Part shown: positions 1 to 9,613 of the stretch, one piece after another
How the letters are laid out: every line of letters starts with the position of its first letter
Numbering within the stretch: position 1 is the first letter of the stretch
Assembly (NCBI GenBank): GCA_012798695.1
Contig: JAAZMR010000046.1
Location: forward strand, 2,316-66,315
Reading direction: 5' to 3'
DNA length: 64,000 bases
Origin: Bacillota bacterium
Lineage (GTDB): Bacteria > Bacillota > Limnochordia > DTU087
Position numbers and translations under genes: made by a program
The notes under the pieces: generated by a model
Databases searched by the model: none
What the model was told of the DNA's origin: nothing
The model's input: the letters and a program-made list of their open reading frames with translations, nothing else

Positions 1-129
1 TGGTAACTTGCCCTGCTCCACCAGTCCGGTAAGTATGGGTGCTTCGGCAGCTAAGACCACCGATCCCGCCAACAGGGCTATACAGCAGGCAATTACCGCA
101 CACAAGAGCAACGATGATAATCTACGCAT
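1..129 (-). CDS. ABC transporter substrate-binding protein, family 5 (DppA/OppA-like); N-terminus only, runs off the window edge
   Basis: Not in the ORF track. Manual translation gives MRRLSSLLLCAVIACCIALLAGSVVLAAEAPILTGLVEQGKLP: a signal peptide followed by EAPxLxxLVxQGKLP, the same motif as the SBP at 11653-13557. Confidence 0.8.
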   Translation of the reverse strand, partial: MRRLSSLLLCAVIACCIALLAGSVVLAAEAPILTGLVEQGKLP

Positions 130-821
130 AATCCATTGCACGCTCCCTTAGGGTGTTTCTTTCTCTATAGCTTAGTTTCTTAGTCATGGGTGGCCCATGC
201 TCTCTGTTCTACCATTCCGACCTCATAACTGTGCAACTAATAATATCGGAATCGAAAAAAGAGGTGCTCCACATCCCCCCCTCCCTATTTGTGGTTAATA
301 GCACGTCTCCACTGATCAGGATAAGAGTCCCTATGGCGACATGTTCCTCCAATCTTATCCAAATCCTTCTTGTTTTTTCCTGTTTATTGGACATTTGCCA
401 CGTAAGAATAGACTCTTTGGTGTGGGTAAGGATAGCACAGATGCACGCAATTGTTCTGTATTGCAGCAATATTTATGTTGAATGGAGGAATGAGAATACT
501 GGCGGCGAATTTCGTAAGGGAACACTTACGATCAGCTCACATTTGGAGCCCACATTTTCTGTAGACATACCCAGGCTATTTGCTTGAAACCTTCATTAAA
601 AAATCGAAGGCTATATGTTGCCTGGTGATGATCAAGAGCACATAGCTCAATATCACGATACACTAGGCATACTGTATTAGAGAGAATGCAAAGCCGGGAA
701 ATTCGGACAAGTTGATTTTAACCATATACATGTTAGGAGGGGTAATCGACGCTGCATGCTTAGGGATTAAGATCCAGATTCCATGGCAGCATTTTGAGCC
801 AAAAAGGAGGCCTTAAAGACC

Positions 822-1835
822 ATGAATGTAAAGGCTGTTGTGATCGGAGCAGGGAATATCTCCAACTCCTGGTTTCCTTTTCTTATCCAGGAGGGAGTTG
901 ACATCGCTGCTGTGGTAGATCTGAACATCGAAACGGCACGAGCCCAGATCAAAAAGTATGGTTTGAGAGCTGTGGCATCAACTGAACTAGAAACCACATT
1001 GGAAAAGCATCAGCCGGACTTCGTCATTGATTTGACCATACCGGAGGCCCATCGCCAAGTGACCATCACTGCTTTACGGGCCGGTTATCCTGTTTTGGGG
1101 GAAAAACCCATGGCCACCAATATGAAGGATGCCAGGGAAATGGTAAAAGTCTCCAACGAGACAGGGAAAATGTATGCTGTCAGCCAGTCTCGGCGCTGGG
1201 ATCAGAACCACGACATCCTACAGCGAACAATCGCATCAGGAGCTATCGGACAGGTGACGGCCATCAACTGCGACTTCTACATCGGAGCCCACTTCGGTGG
1301 ATTCAGGGATGAAATGCCCAGCCCCCTACTCCTCGATATGGCCATTCATCACTTCGATTTGGCACGTTTCTTCACAGGGGCCGATCCTATCGCCGTATAT
1401 GCAAAAGAATATAATCCCGCAGGGTCCTGGTATAAAGGCGATGCTGCTGCATCATGCATTTTTGAAATGACTGATGATATAGTATTCACATATGTAGGTA
1501 GCTGGTGCTCTGAGGGCTGCCATACGAGTTGGAATGGAAACTGGCGTGTCATCGGAGAGAAGGGCACATTAATCTATGAATTTGATCAGGTTCCCTATGG
1601 CGAAGTAATCGAGCCAGGCACAACCGGGTTCCACCGTCCTCTGGAGAAGATCGAGGTCGCTGACTCCCCATTGGAGGCTGTTAGCATGCATGGGGCAATT
1701 TGCGAAATGATCGAGTTTCTCAAGACGGGCAAAATCCCACAGACCAAGTGCAGTGATAATATCAAGTCTTTGGCCATGGTTTTTGCAGCTATCGAAAGCT
1801 CTAGAAGAAAGCAACGCCTAACAATAGAAGTATAA
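822..1835 (+). CDS. Gfo/Idh/MocA family NAD(P)-dependent oxidoreductase
   Basis: Rossmann GAGNIS, EKPMA motif, D-x-x-x-H (DMAIHHFD); AAGGAGG SD upstream. Confidence 0.92.
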   Translation: MNVKAVVIGAGNISNSWFPFLIQEGVDIAAVVDLNIETARAQIKKYGLRAVASTELETTLEKHQPDFVIDLTIPEAHRQVTITALRAGYPVLGEKPMATNMKDAREMVKVSNETGKMYAVSQSRRWDQNHDILQRTIASGAIGQVTAINCDFYIGAHFGGFRDEMPSPLLLDMAIHHFDLARFFTGADPIAVYAKEYNPAGSWYKGDAAASCIFEMTDDIVFTYVGSWCSEGCHTSWNGNWRVIGEKGTLIYEFDQVPYGEVIEPGTTGFHRPLEKIEVADSPLEAVSMHGAICEMIEFLKTGKIPQTKCSDNIKSLAMVFAAIESSRRKQRLTIEV

Positions 1836-1857
1836 ATAATGCTGGGGAGGTAGAAAA

Positions 1858-2757
1858 ATGTATGAAAAGCAGATCCGAATTGGTACATTGGTGAATGGCG
1901 GTGCATCAACTGCCGAATATATCAGGCAAATTCTCCCCCATGGTTTTGAGTCATTCACCATCACCTTCTGGGAAACCTTAGGTGATGTGGATCTAACCAA
2001 ATTAGCAGACGAAGTCAATGAAGTGCTGGACGGAAGTGATGCCATCATCAGCGCGGTTAGTATTTTCGGCAACCCACTGATGGATCATGAGAAAGCTCGT
2101 GCAGCCAGAGATGGCTGGGTCAAACTCGTCGATGCAGCTCACCTGTTTAACTGCGATCTGGTTAGTGGCTTCACAGGCAGAATCGTGGACCGGCCGATTG
2201 AAGAGTCAATCCCCCGTTATGCCGAAGTCTTTGGCCCTATAGCTAAACGAGCAGCAGATAAAGGTGTACGGCTCGCCTTTGAAAACTGCGACATGCACGG
2301 AGACTGGAACCGGGGTGACTGGAATATCGCTCATAATCCCAAGGCTTGGGAAATGATGTTTGATGTCTTGCCAGCAGACAATGTGGGCCTTGAGTGGGAA
2401 CCATGCCATCAGATGGTAAACCTGATTGATCCCCTGCCCCAACTCCGCAAGTGGGTATCGAAGGTATTTCACGTCCACGGAAAAGATGCCACGATATTGT
2501 GGGACGTGATACGAGAATATGGTATCGGTGGTGCCAAAGAATTCGTTTTCCATCGCACCCCAGGTTTTGGAGATAGTAATTGGACAGATATCATTTCGGT
2601 GCTGCGCAATGCCGGGTATACAGGCAGTATCGATATTGAAGGATGGCATGACCCTGTGTACCGGGATGAGTGGGAGATGACTGGACAGGTACATGCTCTC
2701 AATTACCTCAAGCGATGCCGGGGCGGAGCCTATGTCCCGAATCCAACTACAGAGTAA
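1858..2757 (+). CDS. Sugar phosphate isomerase/epimerase (xylose-isomerase-like / AP-endonuclease-2 TIM barrel)
   Basis: FENC, EPCH, HVHGKD, R-x-PG-x-G and IDIEG metal-site motifs; GGGGAGG SD; 22 nt after the oxidoreductase. Confidence 0.88.
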   Translation: MYEKQIRIGTLVNGGASTAEYIRQILPHGFESFTITFWETLGDVDLTKLADEVNEVLDGSDAIISAVSIFGNPLMDHEKARAARDGWVKLVDAAHLFNCDLVSGFTGRIVDRPIEESIPRYAEVFGPIAKRAADKGVRLAFENCDMHGDWNRGDWNIAHNPKAWEMMFDVLPADNVGLEWEPCHQMVNLIDPLPQLRKWVSKVFHVHGKDATILWDVIREYGIGGAKEFVFHRTPGFGDSNWTDIISVLRNAGYTGSIDIEGWHDPVYRDEWEMTGQVHALNYLKRCRGGAYVPNPTTE

Positions 2758-2836
2758 TAGAAGTGGCATGCTTACTGTTGATCTAGATAGATAAGTAGAT
2801 TATCTTATGGCTATAGGTGAGTCATAGACAATTACG

Positions 2837-2876
2837 GAGCGGGCTGCTCATAGGATAACTAGTGGGCAGCCCGCTC
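2837..2876. terminator. Stem-loop between convergent genes, probable bidirectional terminator
   Basis: GAGCGGGCTGCTCA / TGGGCAGCCCGCTC, 14-bp stem; no strong U tract. Confidence 0.6.
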
Positions 2877-2955
2877 ATCTAAGCCGTGTGATGGTTCTTA
2901 ACCAGTTTCTGGGTAATAACCATCGCATGTCTTTCTCATCTTGAAGCTCTGATGA

Positions 2956-4974
2956 TTAACCCCTGATAGGCAGATCCGCTCCATCTTTTAGGAAAACGGG
3001 GATTTCATCTATAGGCGTCTTTACTTCAATTGTCTGTCCGCCACTGTGGGTTTCCCCAGTCCAAGCATTTTCCCACCGGGCACCTTCTGGCAGGTATACG
3101 TTTCTTGTCTTCAGGCCCGAGTAAAGCACTGGTGCTACCAGTACGTCGGGGCCAAACATGTATTGATCCTCTATGTTCCAGGCTTCCTCATCTGTTGGGA
3201 AATCGTAAAACAGCGGCCGCATTAGTGGGGTGCCCTTTTCGTGTGCGGCTTTCATTAACTGCTTTACATAAGGCTTGATTCTTTCTCTCAGGTTGAGATA
3301 CTTGACACAGATTGCGTATGCCTCTTCACCATAGCTCCATACTTCGTTATCTGCACCGGAATTGCAGACACCCCCGCCTTCAGTACCCAATGGTTGCGAA
3401 TGGGGGTCGCGGTCACCGTGGACACGCATGACTGGGCAGAATGTACCGTACTGGAACCAGCGGACAAATACCTCTTGGAACTCTGGATCATCCGGGCAAC
3501 CACCGTGAAAACCTCCGATATCTGTTGTCCACCATGGTATACCGGCAATACCCATATGCAGACCTGCCACCAGTTGATTGCGCATGCTCTTGAAGGAGGA
3601 GTGAATGTCTCCAGACCAAACTAGGGCGCCATAGCGTTGGCTCCCGGCCCAGGCACAGCGCACCAAGTTCACAATATTATCCTGGCCCTCTGCTCGCATG
3701 CCATCATAGAAGGCTTTGGCGTAGGCAACGGGGTAAATGTTGCCAACTTGCACAACCGGTCCTAAGTGGTAGCGGTATAAATCATAGTCATAGTACGTGT
3801 ACTCTGGCTCTGCTTCATCCAGCCAGAAGATCTTGATGCCATGGTCATAGTAATTCTTCTTGATCTTGTTCCATACATATTTCCGGGCCTCTGGATTGGT
3901 GGGGTCAAAGTGAATGGTGTTGCCGTGGAAGTCCATAGCGATGGGATGACCCCGATCGGCACGAATTAAGTAGCCCTTTTCCCGCATTTCCTCGTAATTT
4001 TCACTCTTGTGATCTACAGTAGGCCAAACGGAGATCATGACCTCGATCCCCATATCGTTCAGTTCTTTGATCATACCGGCTGGATCTGGCCAGTATTTGG
4101 GGTCGAACTTCCACTCACCTTGTCTTGTCCAGTGGAAGAAGTCAATCACAATAACGGAAAGAGGTAAACCTCGCCGTTTATATCCCCGTGCTACTTCCAG
4201 CAATTCCTCTTGGGTCTGATAACGCAGTTTGGATTGCCAAAAGCCAAGGCCGTAATCGGGCATCATGGGGACAGTGCCGGTAACCTGAGCATAGCTCTCC
4301 ACGATCTCGCTAGGCGTATCGCCAGCACAGATCCAATAGTCCAGTACCTTAGTCGAGACCGCATTCCAACTGGTGAGATTCTTGCCAAAGGTAACTCGTC
4401 CTACCGCCGGATTATTCCAAAGAAATCCATAACCTATACTAGAAAGCATAAAGGGCACGCTGGCCTGGGAGTTGCGGTGGGCGAGCTCCAACTCACAGCC
4501 TTTTAGATCTAAGAAAGGTTGTTGGTATTGTCCCATACCATAAATTTTTTCTTCCGGAGTAGACTCAAACCGCATAGTTAAGCAATAATCGCCACCGAGG
4601 ATCGGTTTGAATTCTCGAGCATCTATGTCCAGAGCAGAGGCAAAAGACGTTGGCTTAACACCTGGTACGTACCGATACTCTTTCCGATTTCTTACATACT
4701 CTTCTAGAAGCAGCTCTCCCTTATCATTGTAGAAAGTGAGCTTCCCGGAGTGGCTCATGGTTGCCTTGAGTTTTCCATTGACTATCGTTGCGCCAGTTTT
4801 GGAGATGGAAATCTTGCCACTAGCTTCCTTCTTTGGCAGCAGGGCCCAGTTCTCTATAGGCATCTCCGGCAACTTCGTGGCTCTGACCCGCATGCCATTT
4901 GGTCCCCAAGGCTGAATCCACAGCTGCTCCCCGTTATAAGTGAAGAATAGATAACCGTTCTTCTCGATAATCAT
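2956..4974 (-). CDS. Glycoside hydrolase family 31, probable alpha-xylosidase
   Basis: IDFFHW, WLDEAEP (nucleophile Asp), AWAGSQRYG, WSGD, TDIGGF, QYMFGP. Start refined to ATG 4974 (GGAGG SD, MIIEK). Confidence 0.9.
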   Translation of the reverse strand: MIIEKNGYLFFTYNGEQLWIQPWGPNGMRVRATKLPEMPIENWALLPKKEASGKISISKTGATIVNGKLKATMSHSGKLTFYNDKGELLLEEYVRNRKEYRYVPGVKPTSFASALDIDAREFKPILGGDYCLTMRFESTPEEKIYGMGQYQQPFLDLKGCELELAHRNSQASVPFMLSSIGYGFLWNNPAVGRVTFGKNLTSWNAVSTKVLDYWICAGDTPSEIVESYAQVTGTVPMMPDYGLGFWQSKLRYQTQEELLEVARGYKRRGLPLSVIVIDFFHWTRQGEWKFDPKYWPDPAGMIKELNDMGIEVMISVWPTVDHKSENYEEMREKGYLIRADRGHPIAMDFHGNTIHFDPTNPEARKYVWNKIKKNYYDHGIKIFWLDEAEPEYTYYDYDLYRYHLGPVVQVGNIYPVAYAKAFYDGMRAEGQDNIVNLVRCAWAGSQRYGALVWSGDIHSSFKSMRNQLVAGLHMGIAGIPWWTTDIGGFHGGCPDDPEFQEVFVRWFQYGTFCPVMRVHGDRDPHSQPLGTEGGGVCNSGADNEVWSYGEEAYAICVKYLNLRERIKPYVKQLMKAAHEKGTPLMRPLFYDFPTDEEAWNIEDQYMFGPDVLVAPVLYSGLKTRNVYLPEGARWENAWTGETHSGGQTIEVKTPIDEIPVFLKDGADLPIRG

Positions 4975-5349
4975 AGAAGCACCTCCAGTTGTAGTTGGTT
5001 TCTGGCTGGTTGCGGTCCTCGTCTGTACTACCCCTGTTTTTCTCCTATCACCCCCGCCACAATGCTTTCTTAACAATATCCATATTTTCATGGGATTTCA
5101 GAACCATCTACCCCAAACACAAGGGGCTGTGGTTTTGCATCTATATGCCAGATACGTATGTGCTTCGTAATGGCTATTGTCCAATCGAGGCAATGCTCTT
5201 CATTTAACACATTCCACGCAGTATTTAGAAATCCTTCACTTTTTTAGGATGCTGCCTGGACAACAGCATCCTATGATACCGGGCACGATAGGCTGTTGGA
5301 ATGGGCAAAATCCTCGGCGATGTTCTCATGATAAGCCTATAGATAGAAT

Positions 5350-5391
5350 AAGAGGGCTGGTGGTCGAGCAATCTCAACCACCAGCCCTCTT
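5350..5391 (-). terminator. Intrinsic terminator after GH3
   Basis: AAGAGGGCTGGTGGT / ACCACCAGCCCTCTT perfect inverted repeat. Confidence 0.75.
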
Positions 5392-5407
5392 GAGCACTTC
5401 AGCCATA

Positions 5408-7576
5408 TCAATAAACGTACTCGGCAGTCACCTTTTCCCCTTCGACTGTAAACTCCGCGGTCAGAACTTCCCCATCGGGTCCATTTGCCCCTGTAGGCTG
5501 CTTACCACCTACAGCTACTAGGAACTTGCCTGGTTCAACTACCCGCTGGCCGCTGTAATCTACTAGGGCCATCTGGTAGGGTGTGAGGGTGAAGGACACA
5601 GTCTTTTTCTCTCCGGGGGCCAAGTAAATACGCTGAAAGCCTTGGAGAGATCTGAGTGGTACGGGTACCGATGCCTCCAGGTCAGTCAGATAAAGCTGTA
5701 CGACTTCATCACCCGGGCATTTACCGGTGTTTTCGACGGTGACCTGAACTTGGATATCCTCGCCTGCCTGAATGGTGCTCTCAGCCAGCCGCAGATCCTT
5801 GTACCCAAATGTAGTGTAACTCAGCCCGTGGCCGAAGGGATATAGAGGTTCATCTTTGAAATAGCGGTAGGTGCGGTTTCCCATCCGATAGTCATCAAAG
5901 GGTGGCAGCTGGTCCAGGGATTTATAGAAGGTAACCGGCAACCGCCCTCCTGGGTTGTAATCTCCAAACAGCACATCAGCTATCGCAGTGCCTCCATCCT
6001 GGCCTGGATACCAGGCTGCCAGAATTGCAGGAACGTTCTCCTCTGCCCAATTGATCGCCACCGCACTGCCACTAAGCAAGACCAAGATAACCGGTGTGCC
6101 GGTGGCATGCACTGCCTTGAGCAAATCTTCCTGTACACCCATGAGGGTGATCTCCTCACGGTCTCCCCCGGCTCCCTCTTCTCCTTCGATCCGGCCGGTA
6201 ATGCCCATCACAACGATGGCTACATCTGCCCAGCTGGCTAGTTCTACCGCGGCGCCAAAGCCTCTCTTCGAATCACCCATGATGTCACACCCATCGGTGT
6301 GATAGACAGTAGCTTTTGGTGAAACCTTGCTTTTTATCGCCTCTAAAGGAGTTGTGAAACGAGATGGAATACCGTTATAGTTGCCCAAAAGCGCTTCCAG
6401 GTTATCAGAGTTGGGGCCAATGACGGCGATTTTCTCTATATCTTTATCCAGAGGCAAAATGCCGTCATTCTTGAGCAGTACCATAGACTCCCGTGCCGTC
6501 TTGAGTGCCAACTCGCGGTGTGCTTCACAGTCATTTACTTCATAAGGAATCTGAGCATAGCTGACCATCTCGGGCGGATCAAACATGCCCAGCTGGAACC
6601 TAGCCTTAAACAGGCGCTTTAGTGCCCCATCCAGGGTAGCTTCTTTGACCAGCCCCTCTTTGACAGCATCGACCAAGAATGAGTACAAAGAGCCACAGCA
6701 AAGGTCACAACCATTATTCAGGGCCATGGCTACTGCTTCTACCGGAGTATCAACAATCTTATGATGTTTATAGAAATCCCCAATCGCCCAGCAGTCAGAG
6801 ACGACATGGCCATCAAAGCCCCACTTCTCCCTGAGGATATCCTGCAGCAGGGTCTTGCTGCCACAGCAGGGTTCACCATTGGTGCGGTTATATGCACCCA
6901 TGATCGCTTGCGCATTACCTTCTTTGACCGCAGCTTCAAAGGCAGGCAAGTATGTCTCCCAAAGGTCTTTCTCATCTACCACGGCATCAAAATGGTGCCG
7001 ATCTGCTTCTGGCCCACTGTGTACCGCAAAGTGTTTAGGTGTAGAAATCACCTTGAAGTATTGCGGATCATCACCTTGGAGACCCTTGACAAAGGCAACT
7101 CCTACGCGACTGGTCAGATATGGATCTTCACCATAGGTTTCCTGACCTCTGCCCCAGCGCGGATCCCGAAAGATATTCACATTGGGTGACCACATAGTAA
7201 GACCGGTATAAATCTCCCGAATGCCCCGGCGGACAAATTCATGATGCTTGGCCCGGGCCTCGTCAGAGATCGCAGTAGCCACCTCAAAGATCAAATCATC
7301 ATTCCAGGTGGCGGCCAAACCGATGGCCTGAGGAAAAACAGTAGCGATACCTGCCCGGCCTACCCCGTGCAGGCATTCATTCCACCAATCATACTTCGGA
7401 ATCCCCAAACGTTCAATGCCCGGAGCACCATTCAGTGTTTGCGAGACCTTTTCTTCTAGAGTCATGCGGCTGACTAGATCTTCTACTCTCTCATCTAAAG
7501 GCAGATCCGGATTCAGGTAAGCTGGCTTTCCCGCAGACGTTGAGATACACTGATTCTTGTCATCTTGGCAACTCAT
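5408..7576 (-). CDS. Glycoside hydrolase family 3 (beta-xylosidase/beta-glucosidase), cytoplasmic, with C-terminal Fn3-like domain
   Basis: WWNECLHG, RDPRWGRGQETYGEDP, KHF, VSDC (nucleophile), YPFGHGLSYT, EVVQLY; AAGGAGG SD. Confidence 0.93.
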   Translation of the reverse strand: MSCQDDKNQCISTSAGKPAYLNPDLPLDERVEDLVSRMTLEEKVSQTLNGAPGIERLGIPKYDWWNECLHGVGRAGIATVFPQAIGLAATWNDDLIFEVATAISDEARAKHHEFVRRGIREIYTGLTMWSPNVNIFRDPRWGRGQETYGEDPYLTSRVGVAFVKGLQGDDPQYFKVISTPKHFAVHSGPEADRHHFDAVVDEKDLWETYLPAFEAAVKEGNAQAIMGAYNRTNGEPCCGSKTLLQDILREKWGFDGHVVSDCWAIGDFYKHHKIVDTPVEAVAMALNNGCDLCCGSLYSFLVDAVKEGLVKEATLDGALKRLFKARFQLGMFDPPEMVSYAQIPYEVNDCEAHRELALKTARESMVLLKNDGILPLDKDIEKIAVIGPNSDNLEALLGNYNGIPSRFTTPLEAIKSKVSPKATVYHTDGCDIMGDSKRGFGAAVELASWADVAIVVMGITGRIEGEEGAGGDREEITLMGVQEDLLKAVHATGTPVILVLLSGSAVAINWAEENVPAILAAWYPGQDGGTAIADVLFGDYNPGGRLPVTFYKSLDQLPPFDDYRMGNRTYRYFKDEPLYPFGHGLSYTTFGYKDLRLAESTIQAGEDIQVQVTVENTGKCPGDEVVQLYLTDLEASVPVPLRSLQGFQRIYLAPGEKKTVSFTLTPYQMALVDYSGQRVVEPGKFLVAVGGKQPTGANGPDGEVLTAEFTVEGEKVTAEYVY

Positions 7577-7857
7577 GGGTAACCTCCTTGCTTAATTGCA
7601 TTACTGATCATCTTTCAGAGTTCCCTCATCTTACTGGTTGATCTTCCTATGATAGCAATTTTCTCCAAGTGCAGCCTTTCTACCTTCCCATTCATAGCAG
7701 ATCAAGATACGCACAAAACCATAGATAGCCGTGTCAAGACCAAAGAGCTACAGAAAGATGATCCTCCCTGTAGCCCCATGTATCTGCCTTGAGCTCTGTT
7801 CATCATTGCCCAAATCCATATGATATGCTACTAACCTCATCGCACGAAGTTCTTAGC

Positions 7858-9456
7858 TTAGGAATGCGGCTTTAACGGCCACTCACGGACACCACAGCGT
7901 GTTGCCCACTGCTCATAGAGTTTGCTCAGCTCCTCTACCACCGCGGGCTCCTGACCAGAGAGGTCATTAAGTTCTGTCCGGTCTACTTCCATATTATATA
8001 GTTCCCACTTGCCAGGGTACTTACAAACAAGCTTCCATTTCCCGGCTCGCACAGCACGATTTCCTTCATGCTCCCAGAATATCGGTTCCTCGCGCTGCCA
8101 TTCACGGTTCCCGAATACCAGTGGAGCAAAGCTCTCTCCCTCAAGCGGTGTGATCGCCTTGCCGTTATACTCGGTTGGATAGACCGTACCAGAGACATCC
8201 AAGCATGTGGCCATTATATCCACTATATGAATCGGATTATGGAAAATCTGATTTGATCTCACTTTACCTGGCCAATGTACAATAAAAGGAGTGGAAATAC
8301 CGCCTTCATGTACCCAGTGCTTAAATAGCCGAAACGGACTATTAGAAGCATTAGCCCACGGTAGATCATAACTCATGAACGTGTCATCAGGTCCAGGCTT
8401 AATCTTCGGCGTATTGCCTATCCGCATAGGTCGACCGTCATGGGTAGGAATATCATATCGAAATGGCTCTGCGTGATTTGTGTCCTCTGCAAGAAACTCC
8501 GCGCAGCCTCCATTATCGGATAAGAACATGATCAGTGTGTTTTCTAACTTACCATCTTTCTCTAGCTCGGCCATTATTCTACCAATCCCTTGATCCATCC
8601 TATCCACTTGGGCGGCATAGACCGCCATTCTCAAGTCTTCCCATTCCTTGTTAGGTGTGTCTTTCCACGGAGGAGCCGATGGATCCCGCGGAGATAGAGC
8701 CCACTCATTATTCAACAGACCCAATTTCTTGAGATTCTCATACCGTTTCTGACGTACTCCATCCCAACCAGCATCCAAATATCTCCCTACATATTTCTCA
8801 ATATCCTCTGGAAGGGCATGCAGTGGCCAATGTGGGGCCGTGTAGGCTACATATAGGAAAAACGGTTCATCATTCGGCACATCGCGCAGCATTTGAACCG
8901 CATTCTCAGAGATGGCGTCTGTCAGGTAATAGCCCCCGCCACCCTCCTCAATCAGTTCTTCATTTCGCATCATGTATGGAGGGTTGAAATAGCTACCGCC
9001 ACCACCTAACATCCCATAGAACTCATCGAAGCCTCGTTGAGTTGGAATAGGATGCTCAGGTTCGCCCGGCGACCACGTTTCTGGCTTATTGGCCTGATAG
9101 GCTCCTCCGACGTGCCATTTCCCTGAAAGCAATGTATGATAGCTTGAGGACTTCAAAGCCTCGGCTATAGTAATACAGTCATCTCGCAGAAAACCTTGAT
9201 ATTCTTTACCTACACCAGCGTCATTCACCATATGCCCGACTCCTGCTTGGTGAGGGTATAAACCGGTAAGAATCGAGGCTCGCGTCGGGCAGCAACGAGC
9301 ACAATTATACATTTGGCTGAACCTGGCTCCATTGGCTGCCAACTTATCTAGATTAGGTGTATCGATTTCAGAACCGTAACAACCAAGATCTGAAAACCCC
9401 ATATCATCCGCCATGATCAGCAGAATGTTTGGTCTGTTACCTTGCTTATTTGACAT
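7858..9456 (-). CDS. Arylsulfatase (Cys-type, formylglycine-dependent)
   Basis: PNILLIMADDMG, CCPTRASILTG (CxPxR), GKWH, SDNG, HEGG; no signal peptide. Confidence 0.93.
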   Translation of the reverse strand: MSNKQGNRPNILLIMADDMGFSDLGCYGSEIDTPNLDKLAANGARFSQMYNCARCCPTRASILTGLYPHQAGVGHMVNDAGVGKEYQGFLRDDCITIAEALKSSSYHTLLSGKWHVGGAYQANKPETWSPGEPEHPIPTQRGFDEFYGMLGGGGSYFNPPYMMRNEELIEEGGGGYYLTDAISENAVQMLRDVPNDEPFFLYVAYTAPHWPLHALPEDIEKYVGRYLDAGWDGVRQKRYENLKKLGLLNNEWALSPRDPSAPPWKDTPNKEWEDLRMAVYAAQVDRMDQGIGRIMAELEKDGKLENTLIMFLSDNGGCAEFLAEDTNHAEPFRYDIPTHDGRPMRIGNTPKIKPGPDDTFMSYDLPWANASNSPFRLFKHWVHEGGISTPFIVHWPGKVRSNQIFHNPIHIVDIMATCLDVSGTVYPTEYNGKAITPLEGESFAPLVFGNREWQREEPIFWEHEGNRAVRAGKWKLVCKYPGKWELYNMEVDRTELNDLSGQEPAVVEELSKLYEQWATRCGVREWPLKPHS

Positions 9457-9613
9457 AGACTCACCCCTTATGGCTTCTCAATGTAGAATCATCCACCGAT
9501 TCCCATATCGTTTCTGCGCTTTGACCGTCCCCTTGAAAGCTTTGACAGCCGAATACATACCGCGAGCCCCTACATCCCGGGAATCAATGTCTATCAGTAA
9601 TGTAGGGCAAGTA

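Noticed and set aside
186..587. 133-aa plus-strand ORF and the full 86-aa antisense ORF (209-469)
   Set aside because: No SD or recognisable motifs; the region looks like a divergent promoter. Only the SD-led last 21 codons of the minus ORF were kept as a weak finding.
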